Assembly: GCA_945870145.1 (NCBI GenBank)
Contig: CAMBQV010000003.1
Location: forward strand, 1-46,499
Length of the DNA: 46,499 bases
Direction of reading: 5' to 3'
DNA from: Akkermansia muciniphila
GTDB taxonomy: Bacteria; Verrucomicrobiota; Kiritimatiellia; RFP12; UBA1067
Shown here one piece after another: positions 28,035-36,341 of the stretch; position 1 is the first letter of the stretch, and every line of letters begins with the position of its first letter. The position numbers and the translations under genes are program-made. The notes beneath the pieces are model-generated. The model was not told the origin of the DNA. It ran no database searches and worked only from the letters and a program-made list of their open reading frames with translations.

Positions 28035-30362
28035 ATGAGTGATGCTGCTGAGCAAGATGTTGGATTGGATATCGCTTTGCCTAAATTGGTGGATGAGCTC
28101 TCGATCACGCCCCGCCAGATTATCGCCGTGGCCAAGCTTTTCGCAGAAGGAAATACGATTCCATTTATTGCCCGGTACCGCAAAGAGGTTCATGGTAATC
28201 TAGATGAAGTCCAAATCTCGAAGATCCAAGAACGTCTTGCCTATTATCGCGAATTGGAAGAGCGTCGTTCCACCATTCTAAAATCCATCGAAGAACAAGG
28301 CAAATTGACAGCGGAGCTGAAGGCCAAGATCGTCGCCTGTGTTTCCAAGACTCTGCTCGAAGATCTTTATCTTCCCTATAAACCCAAACGCCGTACGCGC
28401 GCCATGATTGCCCGAGAGAAGGGGCTTGAGCCTTTGGCTGAGAAGATTCTCCAGCAAGGCGGGGGGACTCCGGAAATTGAAGCTGCGGCCTTCATCAATG
28501 AGGAAAAGGGGGTTGCCGATGCGAGCGCAGCCTTAGCCGGGGCACGGGATATTGTCGCGGAAATGATTTCTGAAAACGCGGATATTCGCGGCCTTGTACG
28601 CCAAGCGTTCTTTGCCGAGGGTTGGGTTGTTTCTGAGGTGGTGGATCCCAAGCCGACCGAGCCGACCAAGTTTGAGCAGTACTATGATTTTAAAGAGAAG
28701 GTCGGTGAGATCCCTTCCCATCGCTTCCTGGCGATCCGGCGTGGCCAAGATGAGAAGATCTTGCGCGTCAAGATCGTCTGCGACTCGCAACCCATGCTCC
28801 GCCGCATCCTCGAACTCTATCATGTCAACGAGAGCTCGGCCTTTGCGGAGCATCTGAAACTTGCTTCGGAAGATAGCTATAAGCGATTGATCGAACCCAG
28901 CGTTGAAATCGATGTCAGTGTCGAGATTAAGATGAAGTCCGACCGTGCCGCCGTGGAAATCTTTGCGCAGAATCTGCGAAACTTATTGTTGCAGGCACCC
29001 ATGGGAGAGAAAAAGATTGTCGCCATTGATCCAGGCTTGCGCACGGGATGTAAATGTGTCGCGCTGGACAGCACCGGGAAGTTCATGGAGACCTGCACCA
29101 TCTATCCAAGCCAAGGCGATCGGAAAGAGGTCGAGGCTCAGGTGGATCTCTGTAAGATTGTCTCCAAGTATCGTCCCTATGCCATCGCGATCGGCAATGG
29201 AACTGCAGGACGTGAAACAGAGACGTTCGTGCGCAACACGTTTAAAGAGGCCAATGTCAAAGATGTGATGGTGGTCTCGGTCAATGAATCCGGCGCCTCG
29301 GTCTATAGCGCCTCAGAGGTGGCTCGCGAGGAGTTTCCGGATTTGGATCTTACGATTCGCGGGGCGATCTCGATCGGGCGTCGCCTTCAGGATCCACTAG
29401 CTGAATTGGTGAAGATCGATCCCAAGGCGATCGGCGTCGGACAATATCAGCATGATGTCCATCAGCCGCTGCTGGCCTCTAAGCTCGATGAGGTTGTGGT
29501 CAGTTGCGTGAATCATGTGGGTGTCGAACTAAATACCGCCAGCGCTCCGTTGTTGACGCGTGTCTCGGGGATTGGTTCGACCATGGCCAAGAAGTTGGTC
29601 TCGTATCGTAATGAGAATGGCGCCTTCAAGAGTCGCAAGCAATTGAGCAAGGTTCCCGGCATGGGACCTAAAACCTTTGAGCAGGCTGCCGGCTTCTTAC
29701 GCATCCGTGATGGGGCGCATCTCTTGGATGCCTCGGCTGTCCATCCGGAACGCTATGCCCTTGTGGAACAGATGGCCAAGGATTTGGGTGTCGGACTTGA
29801 GGAGCTAATCGGACATCCCGAAACCGTGGATAAAATCAAGCTTTCGAATTATGTCTCAGAAACTGTCGGCGAACCGACGTTGCGCGATATTATTAATGAG
29901 CTGAAGAAGCCCGGACGTGATCCGCGCGCCACCTTTGAGAAGCCGGCGTTCAGAGACGATGTGACTGAGATTGAACACGTCAAGGAGGGCATGGTGCTCG
30001 AAGGAGTCGTGACCAATGTGACGGCGTTCGGTGCCTTTGTGGATATTGGTGTCCACCAGGATGGACTCGTCCATGTATCCGAACTCTCAAACCGTTTTAT
30101 CAAAGAGCCGTCAGAGGTCGTCAAGGCTGGCGACCGTCTGAAAGTACGTGTCCTCTCTGTGGATAAAGTCCGTCGCCGGATCGCCTTGAGCGCCAAGATG
30201 CCGGTTCCCGGCAGTGGCACCAGCGGAGGCGCTCCCCAGCGTCCTCATGAGCGGCCAGTAGCCCCTCGCCCCAGCGGTGGCGGTCCTCAGCCGAACCGTC
30301 CACGCGAAGAACGCCGCCCCTTCTCCAGTGGCTTCACGAACAATCCCTTTGGAACCCTCTAA
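28035..30362 (+). CDS. tex: Tex family RNA-binding transcriptional accessory protein
   Basis: TIPFIARYRKE, LEDLYLPYKPKRRTRA, IDPGLRTGCK, ESGASVYSAS, QDPLAELVKIDPK, C-terminal S1 domain. Confidence 0.97.
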   Translation: MSDAAEQDVGLDIALPKLVDELSITPRQIIAVAKLFAEGNTIPFIARYRKEVHGNLDEVQISKIQERLAYYRELEERRSTILKSIEEQGKLTAELKAKIVACVSKTLLEDLYLPYKPKRRTRAMIAREKGLEPLAEKILQQGGGTPEIEAAAFINEEKGVADASAALAGARDIVAEMISENADIRGLVRQAFFAEGWVVSEVVDPKPTEPTKFEQYYDFKEKVGEIPSHRFLAIRRGQDEKILRVKIVCDSQPMLRRILELYHVNESSAFAEHLKLASEDSYKRLIEPSVEIDVSVEIKMKSDRAAVEIFAQNLRNLLLQAPMGEKKIVAIDPGLRTGCKCVALDSTGKFMETCTIYPSQGDRKEVEAQVDLCKIVSKYRPYAIAIGNGTAGRETETFVRNTFKEANVKDVMVVSVNESGASVYSASEVAREEFPDLDLTIRGAISIGRRLQDPLAELVKIDPKAIGVGQYQHDVHQPLLASKLDEVVVSCVNHVGVELNTASAPLLTRVSGIGSTMAKKLVSYRNENGAFKSRKQLSKVPGMGPKTFEQAAGFLRIRDGAHLLDASAVHPERYALVEQMAKDLGVGLEELIGHPETVDKIKLSNYVSETVGEPTLRDIINELKKPGRDPRATFEKPAFRDDVTEIEHVKEGMVLEGVVTNVTAFGAFVDIGVHQDGLVHVSELSNRFIKEPSEVVKAGDRLKVRVLSVDKVRRRIALSAKMPVPGSGTSGGAPQRPHERPVAPRPSGGGPQPNRPREERRPFSSGFTNNPFGTL

Positions 30363-30374
30363 ACTCGCCCTTCC

Positions 30375-31724
30375 ATGATGTATACGAACGACACGATTGC
30401 GGCCATTGCGACAGCGCCGGGTCCGGCAGGTGTCTGTATCGTACGCATCTCCGGAAACGAGGCGCTCCAGGTCGCTGATGGCCTGGTTCCCTTATCATCG
30501 CATAAACCTAGCAGACATGCGAGCGGAACCTTCTTTTATGCTGACATTGTCCATCCGCGGACAGGCGAAAAGGTGGATGATGTCTTGATCCTAGTCTTTC
30601 GTGCCCCTAGGAGCTTCACAGGCGAAGATGTCGTCGAGATACAAGGACACGGTGGCACCCTGCCTGCGCGGCTCCTCCTGGAGGCTGTGCTGGCTGCTGG
30701 AGCCCGTCTCGCGGAGCCCGGTGAATTTTCCAAGCGTGCCTTTTTAAATGGACGGTTGGATCTTACACAAGCCGAGGCGATCTGCGACTTTATTCAGGCT
30801 AAGTCTGAACGGATGGCGCATGTGGCGCGTGCGCAACTGGATGGCCGGTTGGGTAAGCACATGACCGCCCTTTATGAGGCGGTGCTTGCGCAGGGTGCGG
30901 ATGTGGAACATCAGCTTGACTTTGATGAGGGTGAACTCTCGGAACGGTTTGTAGAGCAGACCACTCAGGCTGTGCAGAAGATCCTTGTGGAACTCTCACA
31001 CGTACTCCAGTCGTGGAACACCGAGGGCCATCTGCTTCGCGAGGGCGCCTTGGTTGTTTTAAGCGGGAAGCCGAACGCTGGTAAATCATCCTTGCTGAAT
31101 GCCCTGCTGGGGCGTAACCGTGCCATTGTTCATCATATACCAGGGACAACCCGTGATGTCATTGAGGAAAATGCCCTTGTCGAGGGACTGCCCATTCGCT
31201 TGGTGGACACCGCAGGATTGCGCGACACTGCGGATGATGTGGAACAGGAGGGAATCCTACGGACGCAGGCGTTGATGAAACAGGCGGATGTGAATCTCCA
31301 TGTTCTGGATGCCACCACGGCCACGCCTGAAGAGGTCGCTGCCACTCCCAGGGATCAGCAATCGATATGTCTCTTGACGAAGTCAGACCTGTTGACTGCT
31401 CCGATCACGCAGCGGGACGGCGTACTTCTCGTCTCCGCCAAAACAGGCGAGGGGCTTGCGGAACTTGGCAAAGCGATTCTCTCCAACCTTGGGGTCTCTC
31501 ACGACGCAGCAGGAATCGAGATCGTGAATCAGCGACATGCGCAGGAAATTACCACAGCCCATGGTTGCGTGGAACGTGCGCTCAGCCTGTTGTACACGCG
31601 CGACCTTGTGCTCGCCGCTAATGAACTTCGCGTGGCGGCTGAAGCTCTGGGTCGTATCACAGGGCGATGCTATTCCGAGGATCTCTTGGAGTGCATCTTC
31701 TCCCGATTTTGTGTTGGTAAATAA
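30375..31724 (+). CDS. mnmE: tRNA modification GTPase MnmE
   Basis: DTIAAIAT, SFTGEDVVE, GEFSKRAFLNG, GKPNAGKSSL, GTTRD, DTAG, C-terminal FCVGK. Confidence 0.98.
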   Translation: MMYTNDTIAAIATAPGPAGVCIVRISGNEALQVADGLVPLSSHKPSRHASGTFFYADIVHPRTGEKVDDVLILVFRAPRSFTGEDVVEIQGHGGTLPARLLLEAVLAAGARLAEPGEFSKRAFLNGRLDLTQAEAICDFIQAKSERMAHVARAQLDGRLGKHMTALYEAVLAQGADVEHQLDFDEGELSERFVEQTTQAVQKILVELSHVLQSWNTEGHLLREGALVVLSGKPNAGKSSLLNALLGRNRAIVHHIPGTTRDVIEENALVEGLPIRLVDTAGLRDTADDVEQEGILRTQALMKQADVNLHVLDATTATPEEVAATPRDQQSICLLTKSDLLTAPITQRDGVLLVSAKTGEGLAELGKAILSNLGVSHDAAGIEIVNQRHAQEITTAHGCVERALSLLYTRDLVLAANELRVAAEALGRITGRCYSEDLLECIFSRFCVGK

Positions 31725-31802
31725 CCCGCAAAAATTTTATTTTTTCAACTTGACACTAATGAAACCCTAATAAAATAAGGGTTTTTTTCACTTCCCCCAC
31801 CC

Positions 31803-31832
31803 TGTTCATAACTAGTTCATAACTGTTCATTC
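31803..31832 (-). promoter_or_regulatory. Three tandem DnaA-box-like sites in the AT-rich mnmE-mnmG gap
   Basis: TGTTCATAA (31803), AGTTCATAA (31814), TGTTCATTC (31824), at 10-11 bp spacing. Confidence 0.55.
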
Positions 31833-32116
31833 TATTTTTTTGACAGGTTTAATCAATAAACAATTATCGAATTGTAAGTTGTTTACAATAAACATGTTCT
31901 GCCTAAAAAATGATTTTTTTTGAGCTCATTTATAGAGATAAAAGTCTATAAAAGAGGGTGTCAATAAAAGTGGAATGTTTACAGGTTTGATGTAAAGGTT
32001 ATGTGCTGACGGGAGATCAATAAAGGGTTGACCATTAACGAAATTTTAACCCAATAACGAAGAAGCGCAGAAAACTTTCTTGTCTACCCACCCAACTTAC
32101 AGCAACGATGTAATTT

Positions 32117-32204
32117 TGTATCGCACAAAGCCATAAAACCATGAAGAAGAGAAATATTTTATTTCTTAACTTTCTTTTGTGGCTTCGAGGCTTTGTGCGA
32201 TACA
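32117..32204. repeat. 88-bp MITE-like element with 16-bp terminal inverted repeats
   Basis: TGTATCGCACAAAGCC ... GGCTTTGTGCGATACA; the left arm recurs near 34753. Confidence 0.7.
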
Positions 32205-32282
32205 GTTATTCAAGCGCTAACTTATTCCTGGCCTACTGCATAGCGAGTTGCTCGCCGATGACTTTGAAAATTGACTCAAGGA

Positions 32283-32383
32283 CCCGCCTTCGCGATGCCT
32301 ACGGCGGGCAGGCAGTAGGACCCAAGGACGCCGTTAACAACTTTAGAACTTCTCCGGCTCGGCGTAGCCTTAGCGAAGCCGGC
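32283..32383. repeat. Two hairpin micro-elements in 8-mer arrays
   Basis: CCCGCCTTCGCGATGCCTACGGCGGGCAGG (32283-32312) within CNNNAGGA repeats; CCGGCTCGGCGTAGCCTTAGCGAAGCCGG (32354-32382) within AACTTTAG repeats. Confidence 0.7.
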
Positions 32384-32409
32384 TCGAACTTTAGAACTGT
32401 TTTCCCCAC

Positions 32410-32438
32410 TTGCCATTCGACAAAAAAAACCGTAAGAT
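32410..32438 (+). promoter_or_regulatory. Putative mnmG promoter
   Basis: TTGCCA-17-TAAGAT. Confidence 0.5.
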
Positions 32439-32476
32439 AACGATCTCTTCAATGGATTGATCGCGAGAGAATTCGA

Positions 32477-34489
32477 ATGGATGTAAACAGAGGAAATATT
32501 GCTTTTGATGTCATCGTTGTCGGCGGTGGCCATGCCGGCTGTGAAGCTGCCTTGGTAAGCGCTCGGATGGGGTGCAAAACCCTCCTGGTCACCAGCTCGA
32601 AGAAGGCCATCGCTAAGATGCCTTGTAACCCATCGATCGGCGGCCTGGCCAAGTCGCACTTGGTCTATGAGCTGGACGCCTTAGGAGGGGAGATGGGAAT
32701 CAATGCCGATCTTTGCGGGATCCAGGCGAAGATGTTGAATGTCAGCCGCGGACCTGCGGTCCAAGCTACCCGGACCCAGTGCGACAAGGAAGTTTACGCT
32801 ACCCGAATGCAAAAGGTGGTCCAGACGACCGCCAATTGCCTCATTCTGGAGGATGAGGTCATCGACCTTGTGATAGAGAATGATCACGTGTCAGGTGTGA
32901 TAACCGCTCAAAACGGTGTGATTTCAGGTGCGACCATCGTATTGACCACGGGAACGGCGTTGGCTGGAAAGATCTTTATTGGTCAGGAGATGGAGGCAGG
33001 AGGAGGAGATGGCCGTTCAGCAGCCACAAAGCTCGCGGAGTCGCTCCGCAAGCGTGGATTTCCCCTGTTTAGACTGAAGACCGGCACGCCACCTCGACTG
33101 ATTGCCAAGAGCATTGATTGGTCCAAGACGGCACCTCAGCCTGGGGATGAACCTCCGCCATTTTTCTCCATTCAAACCAAAATGTTCCACGTGGAACAAT
33201 CGGGTTGTTCTTCAAGCTTAGTTGCGCCTCATCATCAAGGTAGAGACATTCGGGACGCAAATACCTTTTTTAACCTCGAGGATAGGAAATGTTCCACGTG
33301 GAACATTTTGAGACCGTGGACTCCCGGCTCAGACCCGATTCCTTGTTGGTTGACCCATACCACGGAGCAGACGCATGAGATTATTCGTTCAAACCTGAGC
33401 GCCAGCGCGATGTATGGTGGTCTCATTGAAGGTACTGGTGTCCGCTATTGCCCATCGATTGAGGACAAGGTCGTTAAATTTGCAGATGCTACGCAACATC
33501 ACGTCTTTCTGGAGCCAGAGGGAAGGTCCACTGACTGGATCTATCCGAATGGCCTCTCAAATAGTTTGCCCCGTGCGGTACAAGAGGCGTTTGTCCGTAG
33601 CATTCCAGGTCTCGAGCTGGCTGAGTTTGCGCAATATGCCTATGCTATCGAATATGATGCCGTTGATGCTCGGGATTTACTTCACACCTTGGAGAGTAAG
33701 CGTGTGGCCGGACTCTACTTCGCCGGGCAGGTTAATGGCACAACCGGTTACGAAGAGGCTGCAACCCAGGGATTCATGGCAGGAGCCAATGCCGCGCTCC
33801 GTGTCCAAGGTCGCGAACCCTTTGTGTTGAGTCGTCAAGACGCCTATATCGGCGTGATGATCGACGACCTGGTCACAAAAGGCACCAACGAACCCTATCG
33901 CATGTTTACCTCGCGTGCGGAACGACGGTTAATACTGAGACAAGACAATGCGCGGTACCGGTTGCTTTCAGCAGCTGACATGTTGGGCGTCGCTCCAGCG
34001 GCTTGTAGGCAACAGACTAAGGCCTTTGAAATCGAGATTTCTGCTGAGCTGGAACGCTTGGCCTCGCATCGGGTCGAGGGACAGACACTCTTTTCCCTGC
34101 TTTCGCGTCCAGGTATGCGTTACGCAGATATCCCTAAACGGAATAACGGAATAATGGAATCATGGAATACAGGGGAAGGAGTGGTGACAACCGGTTCCGC
34201 CCAATCCCATCATTCCATTGATGTCATTGATCAGATAGAGCTCCGGGTTAAATATGCCGGATACATTGCCCAAGAGGAACGGGTCGCGTTAAAGGCCAAA
34301 GGCCAGGATTCAATTAAGATCCCAGGATGGCTGGACTATTGGAAGATTCCGGCGTTACGTTACGAGTGCCGCGAGAAGCTTTCCAAGATCAAGCCCGAGA
34401 ACCTTGGGCAGGCAGCTCGTATCCCTGGCGTCAACCCTCCGGATATCGCCGTCCTCGCACTCACCATCAAACGCGGCCACCATGTATAA
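32477..34489 (+). CDS. mnmG: tRNA U34 5-carboxymethylaminomethyl synthesis enzyme MnmG (GidA), with two in-frame insertions
   Basis: [69 protein letters not shown]. Confidence 0.98.
   Translation: MDVNRGNIAFDVIVVGGGHAGCEAALVSARMGCKTLLVTSSKKAIAKMPCNPSIGGLAKSHLVYELDALGGEMGINADLCGIQAKMLNVSRGPAVQATRTQCDKEVYATRMQKVVQTTANCLILEDEVIDLVIENDHVSGVITAQNGVISGATIVLTTGTALAGKIFIGQEMEAGGGDGRSAATKLAESLRKRGFPLFRLKTGTPPRLIAKSIDWSKTAPQPGDEPPPFFSIQTKMFHVEQSGCSSSLVAPHHQGRDIRDANTFFNLEDRKCSTWNILRPWTPGSDPIPCWLTHTTEQTHEIIRSNLSASAMYGGLIEGTGVRYCPSIEDKVVKFADATQHHVFLEPEGRSTDWIYPNGLSNSLPRAVQEAFVRSIPGLELAEFAQYAYAIEYDAVDARDLLHTLESKRVAGLYFAGQVNGTTGYEEAATQGFMAGANAALRVQGREPFVLSRQDAYIGVMIDDLVTKGTNEPYRMFTSRAERRLILRQDNARYRLLSAADMLGVAPAACRQQTKAFEIEISAELERLASHRVEGQTLFSLLSRPGMRYADIPKRNNGIMESWNTGEGVVTTGSAQSHHSIDVIDQIELRVKYAGYIAQEERVALKAKGQDSIKIPGWLDYWKIPALRYECREKLSKIKPENLGQAARIPGVNPPDIAVLALTIKRGHHV
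33183..33198. promoter_or_regulatory. parS site 1 (inside mnmG)
   Basis: Perfect palindrome TGTTCCACGTGGAACA, matching the parS consensus TGTTNCACGTGNAACA. Confidence 0.92.
33290..33305. promoter_or_regulatory. parS site 2 (inside mnmG)
   Basis: TGTTCCACGTGGAACA; the palindrome extends to 22 bp (33287-33308). Confidence 0.92.
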
Positions 34490-34530
34490 AGATTTCGCGA
34501 ATATGTGGGCTACAGCTTGCCCATAACTTC

Positions 34531-34681
34531 AATGGAATGTTGGAATATGGGAATGATGGGGAAAGCCTGTGTGCTATACTGGTGTGCAGGCGTCTTCGCC
34601 TGCACAAGTACGGGCGAGGACGCCCGTACACCGGTTTTTAAGCACCCCATTCTTCCAGTATTCCACCATCCCATTATTCCC
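34531..34681. repeat. Inverted GGAATNNN 8-mer arrays enclosing a GGTG-type REP doublet
   Basis: GGAATGTT GGAATATG GGAATGAT GGG ... GGTGTGCAGGCGTCTTCGCCTGCAC/GTACGGGCGAGGACGCCCGTACACC ... CCCATTCTTCCAGTATTCCACCATCCCATTATTCC. Confidence 0.75.
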
Positions 34682-34945
34682 TTCCAAGTTACCAGTCAGT
34701 TTATTCCCGGGGCCCCGGGTGGCGCGATTGTCTTTATAACTTGCCCACTATATATCGCACAAAGCCACAAAGCCATAAAGGAATCCAAGAACTTAATTTT
34801 CATGAAAGAACTTCCAGAATATTAATGATTTTGATTAGCTAAGATTATGCGACACAAAATTTCGAAACCGCGATTGGCTTATTGTCTTTCAACTTGACAA
34901 TTCAGGAGCAAATAGACTATCATCCCCCTGTTTTAAAGAGGAATT

Positions 34946-35323
34946 ATGATGAAAAAAACAGTGAAAGCAGCAACGAAAAAGGTCGTAGCCCCTAAGGTAC
35001 CTAAGGCACCTAAGGCCGTGGTCGAGCCGAAGGTCAAAGTAGCAGGTGCGCCAAAAGCGAAGACACAGCGCGTCATCTTTAGTGTGCGTGCCAAAGAGGG
35101 GAGCAAGGTTTTTGTCGCAGGTTCTTTTAATGATTGGGATCCTACCGCAAAGCAACTGCTGGACAAGAAGAATGAAGGTCTTTTCACCGCAACCATTAAT
35201 CTGGAACCCGGTGCTTATCAGTATAAGTTTGTGATTGATGGTATCTGGTGCGCCGATCCGGAATGCACCGACTGGGTCCATAATGATCATGGAACCCTGA
35301 ACAGTGTGAAAAACGTGGAATAA
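34946..35323 (+). CDS. Glycogen-binding CBM48 (AMPK-beta-like) protein with Lys/Ala/Pro/Val-rich N-terminal tail
   Basis: VFVAGSFNDW, LEPGAYQYKFVIDGIWCADP, NDHGTLNSV; GAGG RBS. Confidence 0.9.
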   Translation: MMKKTVKAATKKVVAPKVPKAPKAVVEPKVKVAGAPKAKTQRVIFSVRAKEGSKVFVAGSFNDWDPTAKQLLDKKNEGLFTATINLEPGAYQYKFVIDGIWCADPECTDWVHNDHGTLNSVKNVE

Positions 35324-35327
35324 TAAC

Positions 35328-36341
35328 GTGCAACCCATTCGGCCTCGACTTGCGGTGACGCTTGGCGACCCTGCAGGAGTGGGGCCGGAATTGGTGTTGC
35401 GGTTGCTTGCGGATGAGCAGGTCGCCGCTCAAGGCCAACTGGTTGTCTACGGGAGCTCAATTCTCGCAGTGCGTGTCGCGGAAGCGGCGCGCATTTCTTT
35501 TTCCTCACAGCAGATACCGAATGGTCATGAATGGGTTGAAATACCCTTTTCCGAGGCCGCAACTATCCAGCCCGGACACGTTCAAGCGGCCTGCGGACGA
35601 CAAGCCTTGGCCTGCATTGAAGAGGCGACTCGGGATGTGATGGCGAAACAGGCGAACGCCCTGGTGACCGGGCCCATCAACAAGGAGTCCCTTCGCTTGG
35701 CGGGTGTCCATTTCCCAGGGCATACCGAACTGCTGGCGCATCTGACCCAGAGCTCGATTGAACCCTGCATGGCCTTTTTTGCAGGTGTGGATCGCCTCAA
35801 ATCAACCTTTCCGATGGTCAGTTTGGTCACCATCCATGAGCCGCTCGCCAAAGTTTCGTCCTTGCTGACTGTGGAACGTATTGCGTCGGTCATTGCCCGG
35901 ACTGATGAAGCTTGCCGGAAACGTGGTCTTCGGGAGCCCAGGATCGGCGTCCTTGCCTTTAATCCCCATGCCAGCGAAGGCGGACTCTTTGGCGATGAGG
36001 AGCGACTCGCGATCCAGCCTGCTATCCGTCTTGCACAGGAGAGGGGCATTCAAGCTTTCGGCCCTCTGATCCCTGATACAGCCTTTTTGGAGAAATATGA
36101 TGCGTTAGTGGCGATGTATCATGACCAGGGACTGATTCCCTTTAAAATGGCGGCCTTTGATTCGGGTGTCAATGTCACGCTCGGTCTCCCGATCATCCGA
36201 ACCTCCCCGGATCATGGTACAGCTTTTAAGATTGCCTGGCAGGGGGTTGCAAAGGTTGGAAGTTTTAAAAACGCGCTCCTGCTCGCGGCTCAACTGGCTA
36301 CGCCTAATCAGACGAGCGAAAAGCCCTGCTGTTCCAGATAA
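35328..36341 (+). CDS. pdxA: 4-hydroxythreonine-4-phosphate dehydrogenase (PdxA family)
   Basis: TLGDPAGVGPE, VTGPINK, FPGHTE, NPHASE, AMYHDQG, NVTLGLPIIRTSPDHGTAF. Confidence 0.96.
   Translation: MQPIRPRLAVTLGDPAGVGPELVLRLLADEQVAAQGQLVVYGSSILAVRVAEAARISFSSQQIPNGHEWVEIPFSEAATIQPGHVQAACGRQALACIEEATRDVMAKQANALVTGPINKESLRLAGVHFPGHTELLAHLTQSSIEPCMAFFAGVDRLKSTFPMVSLVTIHEPLAKVSSLLTVERIASVIARTDEACRKRGLREPRIGVLAFNPHASEGGLFGDEERLAIQPAIRLAQERGIQAFGPLIPDTAFLEKYDALVAMYHDQGLIPFKMAAFDSGVNVTLGLPIIRTSPDHGTAFKIAWQGVAKVGSFKNALLLAAQLATPNQTSEKPCCSR

Noticed and set aside
30158-30166. Canonical DnaA box (TGTGGATAA) in tex
   Set aside because: Isolated and within coding sequence (SVDK); compatible with chance.
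32141-32440. 99-aa ORF, and the 106-aa ORF at 34505-34825
   Set aside because: Both consist largely of translated repeat elements, with no RBS or recognisable domain.
36308-36341. 34-bp convergent overlap of pdxA and ispH
   Set aside because: Short tail overlaps are common and need no special explanation.
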